Positions 1 to 12,599 of a stretch of DNA of 64,000 bases are shown one piece after another (the stretch's first letter is position 1; the number at the start of each line of letters is the position of its first letter). The stretch lies in contig NC_045696.1 of NCBI RefSeq assembly GCF_009834535.1, positions 115,322,001 to 115,386,000 on the forward strand, written 5' to 3'. A program made the translations under genes and the position numbers. The DNA comes from Camelus ferus. Its lineage: Eukaryota. The notes below the pieces were generated by a model. The model had not been told where the DNA came from and searched no databases. It was given only the letters and a program-made list of their open reading frames with translations.

Positions 1-932
1 CATTTCAAAGCTTCTTCCCCTTCCAATGAAAATAATAGCTTGTAGTTCTTTTCATCTCTGCATCATGAAAGTTCAATTTCCTTTCCCTCTAAGCTTTTAT
101 TTATTTTTTTAACCCTTCACATTGTAAGCCCTCTAGTTTAGTATTATACCATACCGGTTTTCTGTATGGTACATTTTCCTTTTCTGGCCCCACAAATACC
201 TCTCTAAGTGGCACCTTATATTGTGTGTGCTCTTTAAATCAGATTGCCTTCTCCTGATGCAGGCTTTTTCTTTGGAAAAAAAAAAAAAAAAAAAAAGAGC
301 TACTTCTCGACATTTATGTGAAACACACATGGGGGTATGCAAGAAGATTCCAATTAAAGAATGAAAGGTTGTAATTTGTCCAATTATTTTATCAGCATCT
401 TAAAATAAGCATAAATTACCATGGGCCTCGACAAGTTAGTAAGTGTGCCTGTGAGAGACAGCTTATAGCAGGGACAGCATGGATGCAAGATTATTAAGTG
501 TGGTAGAGAATGATTACTCAATGGCTGTTTGTGGAATGGGAAGTAAGATCTCAGGTCCCAAACTAAGGAATCATAAAATTGTAGCGTCTAAGAGTCACTA
601 TGGTTAATGGTCCCAAAATAGCATTTCATGATACGTTAAAGACAGAAGGACACTGTTGCTAATTTCACAGTGGACACTGAGGTGTGGAGGCTGTAGGAGC
701 TTGTGCAAGGCTCCCAGGTCAGTGGCTGACTGTGCAGGGTCAGCACCCTCTTCTAGACTCTTCCCGCCTCACCTGGTCCAGGTGGGGCTGTGAGTCCATC
801 CAGAGTCCCAGCAGATCCCATGACAGTGGCCTGGGTGGTGTCTTGTGTGGTTCCTGTCCCGTCCGGCTGTCCCAGAGGGACGGTCTGAGGGCTCCTTCCC
901 TCCTGGAACTAACCCGGGCCAGTCAGAACCCT

Positions 933-1260
933 TGTGGACCGTCACCCCCACTGCGGGCCAACCCTTACCCACAAGGACCGGCGAGTCCTCTTAAATGTCA
1001 TCAGTCCTGCTCACTCACACTGACAATTCAGTCATAAACACACGGGGAAATTAAATATAAACGCAGGCTACTGAAGTACAATACAGTAACAACAAATCCT
1101 TTCAGACTCGGGACTATCAAGCATCAGTCACTACAGGGCACTGTTTGATGAACCAGAAGGGAGACAGCCTCGTTAGGAGGTAACATTCCTCGCAGGTCTC
1201 CGACCCTCCAGAGGGGGAGTCCTTGGGCTCATCGCCCCTATGATGGATCCATTTCCCAAT
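933..1260 (-). mobile_element. Possible ancient Gypsy-class LTR fragment (LTR81-like)
   Basis: Begins tgtggaccgtcacccccactgcgggccaacccttacccacaaggaccggcgag (minus strand ends ...CA); resembles the LTR81 terminus as I recall it; CpG-rich relative to flanks. Confidence 0.35.
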
Positions 1261-2000
1261 GGTTTTATAAAATAGAAATCATTATTATTGTCTTACATTT
1301 TACAACCCAGAAATGTAGTGAAACCAAGCAATATATCTGAATTGCATTCATTATCTCTGTCAAAACTTCCATAGCCAAATGTGGCGATATACTGATGGAA
1401 ATGGTCGTAGACGTACTTTTTTCCTACCAGATGACCAAAATTAGATAATTACACTTTCTTTAACAGCATATTTTAAGACACAGCCTATAAATATTTAAAT
1501 CAGTTATTACTTGTCGGGGCTGATATTTAAAGGAAATGCTGCTTAGACGGAGAGAAAACCGGAAGCTAATGGTGGTTGTGTTGGGGTGGAAGGACTATTC
1601 TTTTATCTCTTCGAGTTTTCTTTATTTGCCCGATCTCCTTTATCAGCGTGCTCCAGTTTTATAAAGGAAAAAGGATTTCTGCACCTCCTATACTACCATG
1701 GTTTTTAAACTGCATGTTTTATCCCAAATTAAACATTATGTTGTGAAGGTCTCCGTTGTAACTTTCTGTATATTTCTTGCGTGTTTCTGGCAGTGTCTTC
1801 AGTCTCAGACGTGCCCAGGAGAGTTCATAGATGGTACTGTTGTCTCATTCAGATTTCAGGGTTTTAGAGCATCTCCTAGGGGAAAGGTTAATACACTTCT
1901 GTGCATGGGGGACACACATCTAACCCGGAACCTGAAAACAGCTGAGTGAAATGGTCGGAAAATCATCCGATCAGGAATTTGACGACCTGTTGTCTAGATC

Positions 2001-2275
2001 TTTTTTTTTTTTTTATTCAAGTGTAGTCAGTTTATAATGTTGTGTTAATTTCTGGTGTACAGCATAATGTTTCAGTGATATTCTTTTTCATATTCTTTTT
2101 CATTATAAACCATTACAAGGTACTGAATAAGGTTCCCTGTGCTATACAGTAGGACCTTGTTGTTTATCTATTTTATACATAGTAGTTAGTATCTGCAAAT
2201 CTTGAGCTCCCAATTTATCCCTCCACCCCTCCCACCTTCCCCCCTGGTAACCGTAAGTTTATATTCTATGTCTGT
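2001..2275 (-). mobile_element. L1 3'-end stub
   Basis: Poly-T followed by reverse complement of the L1 3' UTR seen at 28600-28870 (ctggtgtacagc, aggaccttgttgtttatctattttata, ctcccaatttatccctcc). Confidence 0.88.
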
Positions 2276-3649
2276 CTTCTCTTCATTGCCTATCCTTGGG
2301 CTCTTCATTGAATGTACAGGTTCCACGATCATCTTATTTAGAATGACTGGCCATTCCTTACCGCCGTGTCATCAGGATCATACAATACAGCATGGAGGCA
2401 ATTGGATTATAAACTCCATAGTGAATGAAATGGAAAGGTCATTTGGGTTTTATGGGATAAATAATGAAGTTACGATGGTTTCCTTCTCCGAATGTGAAAT
2501 TACTTCTTAAGAAAAAGAGAAATTTGAAAATATCTCCCTTTGAGAAAAATACTTACAAGGATCTAGCCTGTTGAAATTGTCTGCATTTAGGGTATCTTTG
2601 TGTGAAGATCTGAGGGGCTCACTCCTAAGTAAATCTTTACCTTTTAAAAAATATGGGAACAACTTGTTCCTGGCAAAGCTGCATTTATTAAAAACTCTCA
2701 GCCTCTTTAAGTTCATTGCTGCTGTCACTGAGTCCCAAAGGATCTTCAGAGGAACCCAGTTATAAATTAAATTTTCCGGCCGCTTTGAAGCATCTCTTTC
2801 ATAAGAGAGCATCCTCCGTGTCTCCAGGACCCACAGCGCTATTTAGAGTGTTGGTGTGAGCACCGTGGCTTTCCCACCGGGTGCTTTTTCTTCTTCAAAA
2901 GCTGTTCTAGGACAGCTTCCCCACTAGAGGAGATACATCTGGGACCCGCGAGATGGAGTGAGGCCGCAAGGTCACCCCTGTGTAAGGGGCTCGCCTGGGA
3001 GGGTGTGGAAATGGGCTGTAGGTTGTGGCTGCCTTTGAAGCGAGTGACTGGGACGTCCCTTTCAAGGAAGTGTCCTCTGAGTGTGCATTTGGGCCATTTC
3101 ATCCCTCAATCTCATTTGCTTCTGCTTCTTAAATGGAGCCCGAGGCTCTGTTGGAAATTCTCGGAAAACAAAACTTGGACAGAAAGACCAAGCAAAAAAT
3201 ACTGGGTCTGGCTGTTAAGAGATTTCAGGAGGAAATGAGCCAGTCAGAAGCACAGGCATCTCCTTCAGTAGTGTGTTTCTTTGGCAGGCTTTTAAAAATA
3301 AAACTTCAATATTGGGACATTTTGGGACTCTGAATCAGCTTTGATATTCCAGAGTTTCATCTGTGGGTGGAATGAAGGGTAAGGGACTGAAAAAAGAGAA
3401 ATCGTTATAAAAGAATCCATATTTCTCTCAACTTCCTTTCTTTATAAACAGCAAAAAAGCAAAAAAATAAAATAAAATTCACTTTTCTACTGGATTCTCC
3501 TAGACATGGAAAATTTGACTTTGAAAGTCGAGAAAGAGAAAGTTGATTTTAGATATGACAAGGAGATGTCTACATAACATCCAGTAATCAGAGATATTAT
3601 CTGTCTTTCTGTGAGATACTGGGAGCACCTCAGAGAATTGCTGTGTATT

Positions 3650-3812
3650 AGGACTTAGAGATGTCTAAGACATCATCCCATCCACTTTATAGATTGTATA
3701 GATGGAAAAACCAAAGGTCAGAATATTTCATGTACTTTTTCAAGGTCTCTAAGCTATTGAAACAGGTAATCGGACTGGAAACTGGGCTCTTATATCCCAG
3801 TTTAGTGTTTTT
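3650..3812 (-). mobile_element. MIR/MIR3 SINE
   Basis: tatagatggaaaaaccaaaggtcaga...caaggtc...ggactggaaactggg. Confidence 0.55.
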
Positions 3813-6800
3813 ACTTAATGTATCAAGTGACCAACCCTAAGGGAAATTTTTTTTTTGTTGGGTTATTTTGTTGGTGTCAGCTAACAGTTTTCAGCTAAGA
3901 CAACTGGTCACTTTAGTTCTGCTCACAACACAGAAGGTAATCAAGGTTGCTACCAGGAGTAAACTCATGGCTAAATCACCAGTAGTACCGATTGCTGGGC
4001 CATAGGAATGTGTTTCATAATCGAGAACCACCCAAGGGCAACACTATCGTAGTAGCTGTTGAAGGCTGCAGAGGGTAAGAGAGAATCTATGCTGAGTCTG
4101 TTTTCATCCACTGCCATCTACTGAATGCAGAGCTTGAGAAGAGGGTTAAGTATGAGAAAAGCATGGAAGGCCAGAAAGTGATGGGGAGGGTGGAATGCGG
4201 TGAGCAAGTGTCAGGTTTCCTATTAAGTGAACTAAAAGTTGTGTGTGCCCCAAGATGAGGCAGGAAGCACGTTCATGTTCGGAAAGCTCTAGAGGTCTTA
4301 GATATCACTCAATAAATGTTGAATAAATACATGGATGAAGTGCTCAGGACCAGAAACATTTTTCTTTATTGTAACAAGAAAAGGAAGGTAGAAATAGAAT
4401 TCTCTAAGATGGTCTAAATTTCAGCTTCACTAAGAACATTTAGAGTAAGTGCTACATTTTGATAAAAAAAATGGAACTTTGGTTGCCTTTTCCCCAGTGG
4501 CTGGTCCCTCTGCCATGCACGATTTGTATCCTAAGTGACTTGTCCCCTAAGACCTAAAAAATGGAAATGTACATGACGTGAAAAGGAAATGAAAAAGTGG
4601 AATTAGACTTGAGCACAGCCTAGAAGCTGGTTCTTATGATTTGGAAAGCTTGCCTTGTAGCGACCTCTGAATTTTACGTTACTTGCAAAAAAAAAAAAAA
4701 AATCGCTATAGTGAAAATGCCTCAATTTTAACTTTCAGATTGTATCCTGGATTTTGGAGCATGTCAGCAACTTCATCACTTTCTGACTGATGAAGTCTTT
4801 ATTAGCCATGGAACAAAATCCTTGGTGTAACCCAATTGCCCAGAAATGATTTGATGTTCATATCTCATATAAATGTCATTAATTGTTTTTTAACTCCTTC
4901 TGCAATCGTATACATTTCTCAGAGCATTAGTTGTAGAAACTAAAAGCAACTAACAGCAAGTAACTGGATGAATGATCACCAATAATTGAAAGTCTCAAAA
5001 ATAAAATCTGTTTATCCCTTTCCATTCACTGTACATTGTAGTCACTGTTTATTAAGCCCCTTGCTTTTTTAAAAATTATATTTCATTAGAATTCATTTCA
5101 GGATTCATAAATCATCAGTTTCACCATAGCGCTGGAAACTTAGGGCAGTACGGGGGCAGTGGGGCAAAGGAATCTAAGAGAAGGGTAACTCATATCACTG
5201 TTTGTTTTTGTGTCCTTTTGGGTCTTACAGCTTTTGTATCCTTCCTTTCCTGTAAGTTGCTGTTTGTTATTGTCTCTTCTTGGAGTCCTAGTCTCTGTAT
5301 TAATTAACTAGAGTAACTGTGGTGAAGTGAAGTGTGTGTCTCTTTCTCAAATGTCCACGTGGCTAAAGATCTCTAGAGATGAAAGGAACCTCCCCATTCA
5401 TTTTACCTTCTTCGCACCACATTTCTTAGGATGCCTAGTTGAGGAGTGGCGGTTTGGTTTTCTCATGAAATTTAAGGAGAATGAAATTGTACCAGGCGTG
5501 CTGTAAAATGCACTCTACGTTGGGTTACACCGCTCGAGTTTCTTATACGACACTAGAACCACAACTTGAAAAGAGGCGTGTATTTCTTCATAGGCTGTGG
5601 ATCTCCGCGTAACCTGGCTGCTGTTTTAGAACACTGTGCTTACACCCAACATCCTGGCCCAGAGTCACCTTTTTCAAGCCTGCCAAACCTCATTTTGAAT
5701 GCAAAATGCTGCCTCTGGGATCTGTGGTCTCAGTCCAAATCTATGTTTTGATATAAATTGAATCTGATCGTGGTTAAGGTTGCAGTCCTTCAGGGAACTC
5801 ATTCCCTGTGAGGAGGGAGCTGTGGAGGGCAAGTGGGGGCGCGCTGTGCTGTGAAAATTTATTTTTCTGTGTCCGTGTGTGATTTTCAGTGGTACTTTGA
5901 GAAGCGGAGAGATGGCTTTTAAGAATCACACACATAGTATTGAGAGGAGGTGGTTTACTTTTTAAGGGGCCTCAATGTGCTTTTAAATTCTTTACCCAGA
6001 AATCTGTGAAGAGGGATGTATGGCATATTTATTCTTAACGGGTTTGTTTGGACATCAGGTCCGTCTGGACCACTTTAAGCCTTCTCTTGGATTCCTTTAT
6101 AATAAGGTTCCAGGAGGTAGTCTCTGAGCAGGTTTTATCCATTTCCCAAGCAGAACTTATTTTCTCTGCATCAGTGAACTTGTCATGATAATCAACTTTT
6201 TTTGTCCCAACCATCAATCACTCTTGATTACAGCTGGGTGGAAGTTCTGTTCTGTTGATCAGCTCATCAGTGCACATAATATTACACCTGGAGGCCAGTA
6301 CAAATCATCCCTCGAAGGGAGAAGCGTTTTCCTTCAAGGCTTTTGTCGATGGTTTTATCATTTACATTTGGGTCTCACTGAGTTGTCACGTGTGTCTTTG
6401 ACTCAGTCTGCTCTCTCATTTGAAAGATTCTCCCAAAATAGTGCGTAAAGGCTGGTCAATCATCTGTACTCTATTATTATTATCGTGTTTTTGCCTTTTT
6501 AATTCAAAAGAGTAGCTTATTAACCTATTGTTTGCTCATTTTCGTGTTAACTTTTTCCCATTCTTCATGCAGTTACTGTAGAAATTAAAATCATGTGAAT
6601 TATCATTCAATGAATATTCAGTGCTGCTGTAAAAAACAGTTTAGCATATGTTTTACTAGAATGTTTGCAAGTCTAATTTTGTTGATTTTCAATGGTTTCC
6701 TAAGTTAGGTTTTATGTTTTGGCTTGGGCTAGAGAATATTTATCTTTAGTTTTCAATTTATTTTAAGTAACACTAACTAGCTATCTTCATGGTTTAAAAA

Positions 6801-8156
6801 GACATTGAGAAGTAAATGTTTTTAAATCAATTGCTCAAAGTCAGCATTACTCTTAGCTATGTCTGTCACGTATTACTCAATAAAAGAATTGACTTCTCTG
6901 AGCCAACTCCTACTTCCTAAAACCGTGGCATATCCAATTAGATGTTTATTTAAATATCGAATTAAATAAACATTTAATATGTTCTTTGGTTCAAAAAGAT
7001 ACTTTTTCTTTCTTGTATTTTGTTGTAATTTTATTACTTTATAAAATCCAGAAGAGTAATTTAGAGAAGCATAAAAGACATTTTAACTTTTAGAGTACAA
7101 AACTATAAAGAAAAATAAATAGAATACGAAATTACAGAATAATATGGATTTATTGGGAAATCGTGCCTTTTTAGTAAAAAGTTTAATTAGCAAAACCTGA
7201 AAATTTCTTCTATGGCTGGACTTCCTAGGTTAGTGATATATTTCTATTTTTGGATGAACTAGAACAACAAACAACACGCTGTTTTCATCTGCTGTCGACA
7301 CTTACATATTATGAGTTCTTACTTTAATCTGTGAAACAAAACAAAGGCAAATGGGATCAATTAATGAGAAAATGATCCGCATAGAAACACATAAACCATA
7401 GAACACTGAGTGGGCTCTGGTTTTGAAGAGCTGAGCTGACAGCTCGAGCTGGTTCACTGATATAGCCATGGTCTCACATCTGCCCAGGGTGGGAGCCAGA
7501 TTGGTTTAGTCAAGGGATACTGTGTCATTATGCAGGTTTATCAGTTAATGTAATAGTTTTTTTGCACACACTCTTGTTGCTCCTTATCTGAAATTGGCAC
7601 AGTAGGTCAAAATAGTTCTTCTCTCTTCTTGGTTCAGATTGGCTAGTCAAATGGTTTGCCTCAAGAAACTTGTCATCTTAGCCAGCCATGTGATTTTTAT
7701 GTTTAAACAGTAACCACAGTGTATGTAATGCCCAACTTTGCAAATCAGCCCAACATAAGTGGTTGTGTTTGTATACTTATATAAGACTCTGACTGTTTGA
7801 AAAAAAATTACAATTTATTGGAGAATGATGTGAAATGACAGATCTTTATTTTATACAAATAACTCAAGGATGAGTTTTCTCTCTCTCTCTCCCCTTCTCT
7901 CTCTCTCCAATTTTTCCCCTGTGGAGATGTTTATTTACATTGTAATTCTATTAGCACGGTACATGTTGGTAGAAAATTTGATGCAGATTTTGGGAAGTAA
8001 CACATTTGTGGTGGGATCCAGTTACCAAGAGTTTGACCATGTCATTTCTACTAACTTGAAACATGTTGCCCATCTTTAAATTGAAAAAAATGCTAAGAAT
8101 TAAAACTCAGTGGAAACAGATTTGACCATAGATTATTTCATGTAGAAAGTCCAATT

Positions 8157-8612
8157 TCTTTCTTTTTTTTAATTGGAGTATAGTTGATTTACAATGTTGT
8201 GTCAGTTTCTGGTGTGCAGCATAGTGATTCAGTTATATGTATATATATTCTTTATTATTATAGGTTATTCCAAGATATTGAATATAGCTTCCTATGCTGT
8301 ACAGTATAAACTTATTTATCTGTTTTATATATAGTAGTTAGAATCTGAAAATCCCAAACTCCCAATTTATTCCTCCTCCTCCTTTTTCCCCCAGGAACCA
8401 TAAGTTTGCTTTCTAAGTGAGTCTGTCTGCTTTGTAAATAAGTTCATGTCTATCACTTTTTTAGATTCCACATAGAAGTGATATCATACAATATGTGTCT
8501 TTCTCTGTCTGACTTACTTCACTTAGTATGATCCTCTCTAGGACCGTCCATAATGCCATTTTTAGCAGCATGGACGGACTTAGAGATGACCATACTAAGT
8601 GAACTAAGTCAG
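8157..8612 (-). mobile_element. L1 3'-end fragment with 5' inversion
   Basis: Antisense L1 3' UTR at 8157-8551, then sense-oriented L1 sequence at 8552-8612 (aatgccatt...catactaagtgaactaagtcag). Confidence 0.88.
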
Positions 8613-9412
8613 CTTCTTTTGCTTTTAAACAAATTCCTAGGCCACTGAAGAACCTTGAAAGACTGAAAGTTAACAGAGTCCTATCTCATGAAGAGACATC
8701 TTCCTTATAAAAGCTTTCTCAATTCTGGTTCACACATGAACGACTTCAGTATCTGGAGATGAAGGAGGGAAATAAGTTGTCTACGTAGATTTCAAGATGG
8801 CGCCCACATTTCTATCTCCAGCTGAAATCTCTTTCTCTACTTTATGCATCCATGTCAGCTGACTCAGTGTGGTCACTTGATTAGCTGGTAGATACTTCAG
8901 ATCTAAAATGTTCAAAACTAAAGGCCATGGCTCACCCCTCCACACTTGCCCCCCCCCCGCCCCAGGACAGCATTTCTCTGATAATGGCAACCCCACCTTT
9001 CCAGCTCATCTGGTGAAAATACTGGGATGACCCTTCCTTCCTATCTCATACCCTGTGTCCACCAGCACACAAACATGTTAGTTCTCCCTCTAATGTACAT
9101 CCAGAATCTGATGATTTTCACCACCTTCATGCCACCCCTCTGGTCCTAGTCACTGTCATCTCCCATCTGGAGTATTATAAACATCCTCTTAACCGCCCTC
9201 CCTGATTCCACTCCTCTTACTCACCATTTTTAAAGAGTAAGTTGAGATCAGGTGGCTTTCCCATTAAAACCCCTCCAAGGGTGGTGCATTTCACTTAGAT
9301 AGAAAGGCAGAATCCTTAGGATGGCTACACAGCCTATGAAATGTGGCCTCCAGGTGCTTTCTGACATCCTCTCCTGCTACGTGCTCCTCTGCAGTCACAT
9401 GGGCCTCCTTTG

Positions 9413-9938
9413 CAGGGTTGGGTCTAGGGTAAGGCTGGGGAGGCACATGCAGAATTTTAAGGGGGAGACGGATTAAAAAGCTCAGTAATCGGGACAAATA
9501 ATAAATACAGTATTAAAGATACAGTTGGCAAATTGTGGCCCGCAGGCTGACTGCCTGTTTTTGTAGACCCATTTTTATTGGAACCAGGTGAGTGGGGCAG
9601 GGTTGTACAAGTGCAGAGTCAGATCCTGTCCTATTTAGAAGGTTGATAGTTTGTTCACCTTGGTTTTTTTTGGCATTGACCTTAATATTTAAAAATATTG
9701 CATTAACCTATAATGAAAAAGAATATGAAAAGGAATACACGGATATACATGTACAACTGAGACATGATGCTGTGCACCAGAAATTGACACAACATTGTAA
9801 ACTGACTATACTTCAGTTTAAAAAGAAGTATTGCATTAAAATATTATTTGTCTTGATTACTGAACCTTTAAGTCCTCCCTTCAGTTGTTCTCCTGAGGGA
9901 AGTTATTTCACTCACTTCAGCCTCATTCCAGCCGCGTC
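9413..9938. mobile_element. MER96B-like hAT DNA transposon with long inverted arms, containing a MER58-like fragment (~9520-9585) and an L1 stub
   Basis: Left arm cagggttgggtctagggtaaggc...ctcagtaatcgggacaaataata is mirrored by right arm tattatttgtcttgattactgaa...cctcattccagcc. Confidence 0.7.
9707..9823 (+). mobile_element. L1 3'-end stub (~120 bp)
   Basis: taatgaaaaagaatatgaaaagg...ccagaaattgacacaacattgtaaactgactatacttc; TSD aaaaatattgcattaa (9691-9706) / agaagtattgcattaa (9824-9839). Confidence 0.88.
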
Positions 9939-10449
9939 CTGACTGTGTCTTACGTACACCAGACTCACTCCCACCTCTAGGCCTTTACATGGGCTCTTGC
10001 CTCTGCCTGGAATACTCTTTCCTCAGATTTCTACATGGTCTGTTTCTTTAAGCTTCACCTCAGTGTCACCACCTCACAATGCTTACCCTGACCACTATAT
10101 TTAGGATTTCAACATCTGTCATTCCCCCTCTCCTTACCTGGTGGTTTTTCTCCTAAGAACTAATTACCTTATAATATACTACATAATTTACCTATTTATT
10201 ATGTTTATTGTCCACTGTCAGTTAGACTGTAAGCTCTATTGGGGAAAATATTTTTGCCTGTTTGCGTCACTGTCTTGTCCAGATACTTAGAGCTGTGCTT
10301 GATACATACCACTTAGTTATGTTTATTGAGTGCATAAATTAATGACTAAATGATGCTCACCAATTGTATGTATCCAAACTTTATTCCCCTCAAGCTTGGT
10401 GATATCTCAGCCCTCTCCCAACTTGTCTTCCTTGTCAGTCCTCTTCAAA

Positions 10450-12490
10450 CCATAAAAGCCTATACCCCATGACAAGAAATGGAGACATTCTTAGGAGAAA
10501 TGGAAAAAGATACCTTTGCCCCAGGATCCTTGGGGAATGAATACAGTCTTCCTCCTGGGAGCTTACTTCATTTTCTGACATCACAGTGTTTGGTCCATCT
10601 CTGGACGGTAGGTCATTTCACAGGGGATCCAGGATTTTCTTGCTATCCCAACACCAGACACATTGTTAGGGTCCTCCATCATGTACTGCCAAAGCCGATA
10701 AGATGGACACTCAGTTTTAATTGTAAACTCCCACGTGTCAACTAGGGCAATGGTAAAATGTATTTCCAGCTGAGGTGTCACTGTTTGGTCACCAAGAAGA
10801 TTTAGGATGATCATGTGCTTTGGTAGGGCCTAATCTCGGAGAACGGAGGGGACTATTTGTTCACGGCAGTATATCGGGCGCCTGCTCCCTGTTACGATTG
10901 TGGGGAATCCTGGATGCTTTCCTCCTCCCAGTTGAAGCCCCACCGTCTCGACCACAGACTCGTGTAGATCAGTAATACAGATGGCTGTGTATCTAAGTAG
11001 GGGTAACAGTGATGGGATGGGGTCAGGGAAGACAGGACCCCACACAGGCATGATGCGTGGCACCGTTCCCTTTTTCCCGTGGTCTCGTTGACTTATGTGG
11101 AACAGCAGTGCATGTGAAAGTTGCTGCTTAGAGGCACATCCAAGGTTAAGAGAGTTTCTGGTCTAATATTCAAAGTTAAATTACTTGAACTACAAGTGTT
11201 TCTCCATTACATACCAGGCCACATGGAAAGACCGATAACCAAAAACCCCAACGTGAATACATCTTCCCTGTTCGAATGCACTACTCGTTAAAGCAATTCC
11301 CCATCATTCTGATTCTAATGGTTCTGTGAACTGATTGCAAGCTCCACAGCCACCACTCCTGCTGCCTAACAAAACGGGACCGGGTGGAGACGCTCATTTT
11401 TCTACTGCGTTAACTCTATGACAGTTGCCAGAAGATGGAGATCATCATAGGTGTTGTCCAGGCCCAGGTTTCCTCAGTAACTCAAGGGAAAAACAACTTC
11501 CTAATTACCAGGACTGAGCATTTCCTAAGATGTGGTTGGACTGAAGACACGAGAATCAAAGCTGTGAAGTGATTCGGTGAGGTCTTCACGCGTCCGGTGT
11601 TCTAGAAGGTCACCGTTCGGAATAAAAGGAAAGTAAGGAATAAAAGGAAAGAAAACTGGATCCATTTTAACCAATGGTTCATACCTAGAGTAACGGGGTT
11701 CTTTAGGTAGGACCAGTGATAGGTGCTGATGTTCCTTCCACCGTCTTGACGCCACAAAGAGTTCTGGGCGGATCGTTACATCCCATTGCCTTGTCTTCTG
11801 GATGATTTAGCCTAATGTAGTGGACTTCTATGCACTAAGGAGACAGCATCTGACACTTGGTCTTTGCATCTGTTTTCTGATCTCAAATTTTACTTCTGTA
11901 GAAAAGACGGTTGAGGCAGATTTTAAATACCTGGACTCTTTTTCTGTGGGATCCCAAGCCCCCTTTTGGAGCAGTTGCTCCAAAGAAAACAAATAAAAAC
12001 AAATGTCTGCTAAACAGTTCTTCTTCCACAATCCTAGGGGGGCCCTGGCAGTGTCTTTCATGAACTATTGCTTCAAAAGCCATCCATCACTGCAACAATT
12101 TTCCTGTAGATTAAGGACTAGATTTGCATTCTAAATTAGTTCCTCCAGCAGCTGTTGGAAGATAACTTGGCTGTAAGTTAAGAGTTTGCATTTGGTCATC
12201 TGCCAGGGAAGATCATAAAATTCAGCTTGGCAACGGGATTTAGGAAGAGAGGTCTCCTCAGCCCAGCTGTGCTTACCCCAGTGAGAGGCGTGTGTAAGGC
12301 GCCACTCCAGCTTTCCTCCGGTCAGTGCGGGAGGGATTGTTGCTGAGGGAGGATGAGTTTGGTTCCAGTTTCTCTGTGACAGAGAGCTGAACCACCTTTT
12401 GCTGGAGAACCGAAGGAGGATTATATTAAGCCTGCTGTAGTAAACATCTTAGGGTGTTGATGGAGCCATCTGTTCAAATCTTTGGATGCT
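10450..12490 (-). mobile_element. Highly decayed Gypsy-like LTR retrotransposon internal region (pol: RT, RNase H, integrase; MamGyp-int/MamGypsy-like)
   Basis: Collinear minus-strand motif remnants across frameshifts: WFSSL (12380-12394), YTRLSLG (12276-12296), LADD (12195-12206), NANLVLN (12110-12130), LLQKG (~11960-11974), TDA (11865-11873), ELFVASRRWKEHQHL (~11720-11764), HPG (10908-10916), TSAGNTF/IALVDTW (10731-10776), GSP (10622-10630), GAKVSFS (10502-10522). Confidence 0.6.
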
Positions 12491-12599
12491 CCCTTGATAA
12501 ATCACCAAGACCAAAGTTGCAGTTTTGCACCTAGTCTGCAGTGGAAGTTAGCTGACAAAGGAGCTCTTTTCTGGGTTACTGTCTGCTCCAGCTTTGTGA

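Larger units (their letters stand above)
8810..10345 (+). mobile_element. L2 (L2a-like) 3' region, interrupted by nested insertions
   Basis: Pyrimidine-rich L2 body; 3' terminus agactgtaagctc...tttgcgtcactgtc...gtttattgagtgcataaattaatga. Confidence 0.75.

Noticed and set aside
3825..3913. aagtgacca...tggtcactt inverted ends (MER81/MER94-like MITE)
   Set aside because: Only the 9-bp termini are recognisable and the interior is too degraded to call.
4770..4796. 9-bp perfect hairpin acttcatca/tgatgaagt, plus short tandem duplications at ~11619-11651 and ~23797-23822
   Set aside because: Short features expected by chance or slippage; no supporting context.
7428..7505. Possible ancient tRNA-derived SINE head (MamSINE1-like)
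   Set aside because: Similarity too weak by eye; no clear B box.
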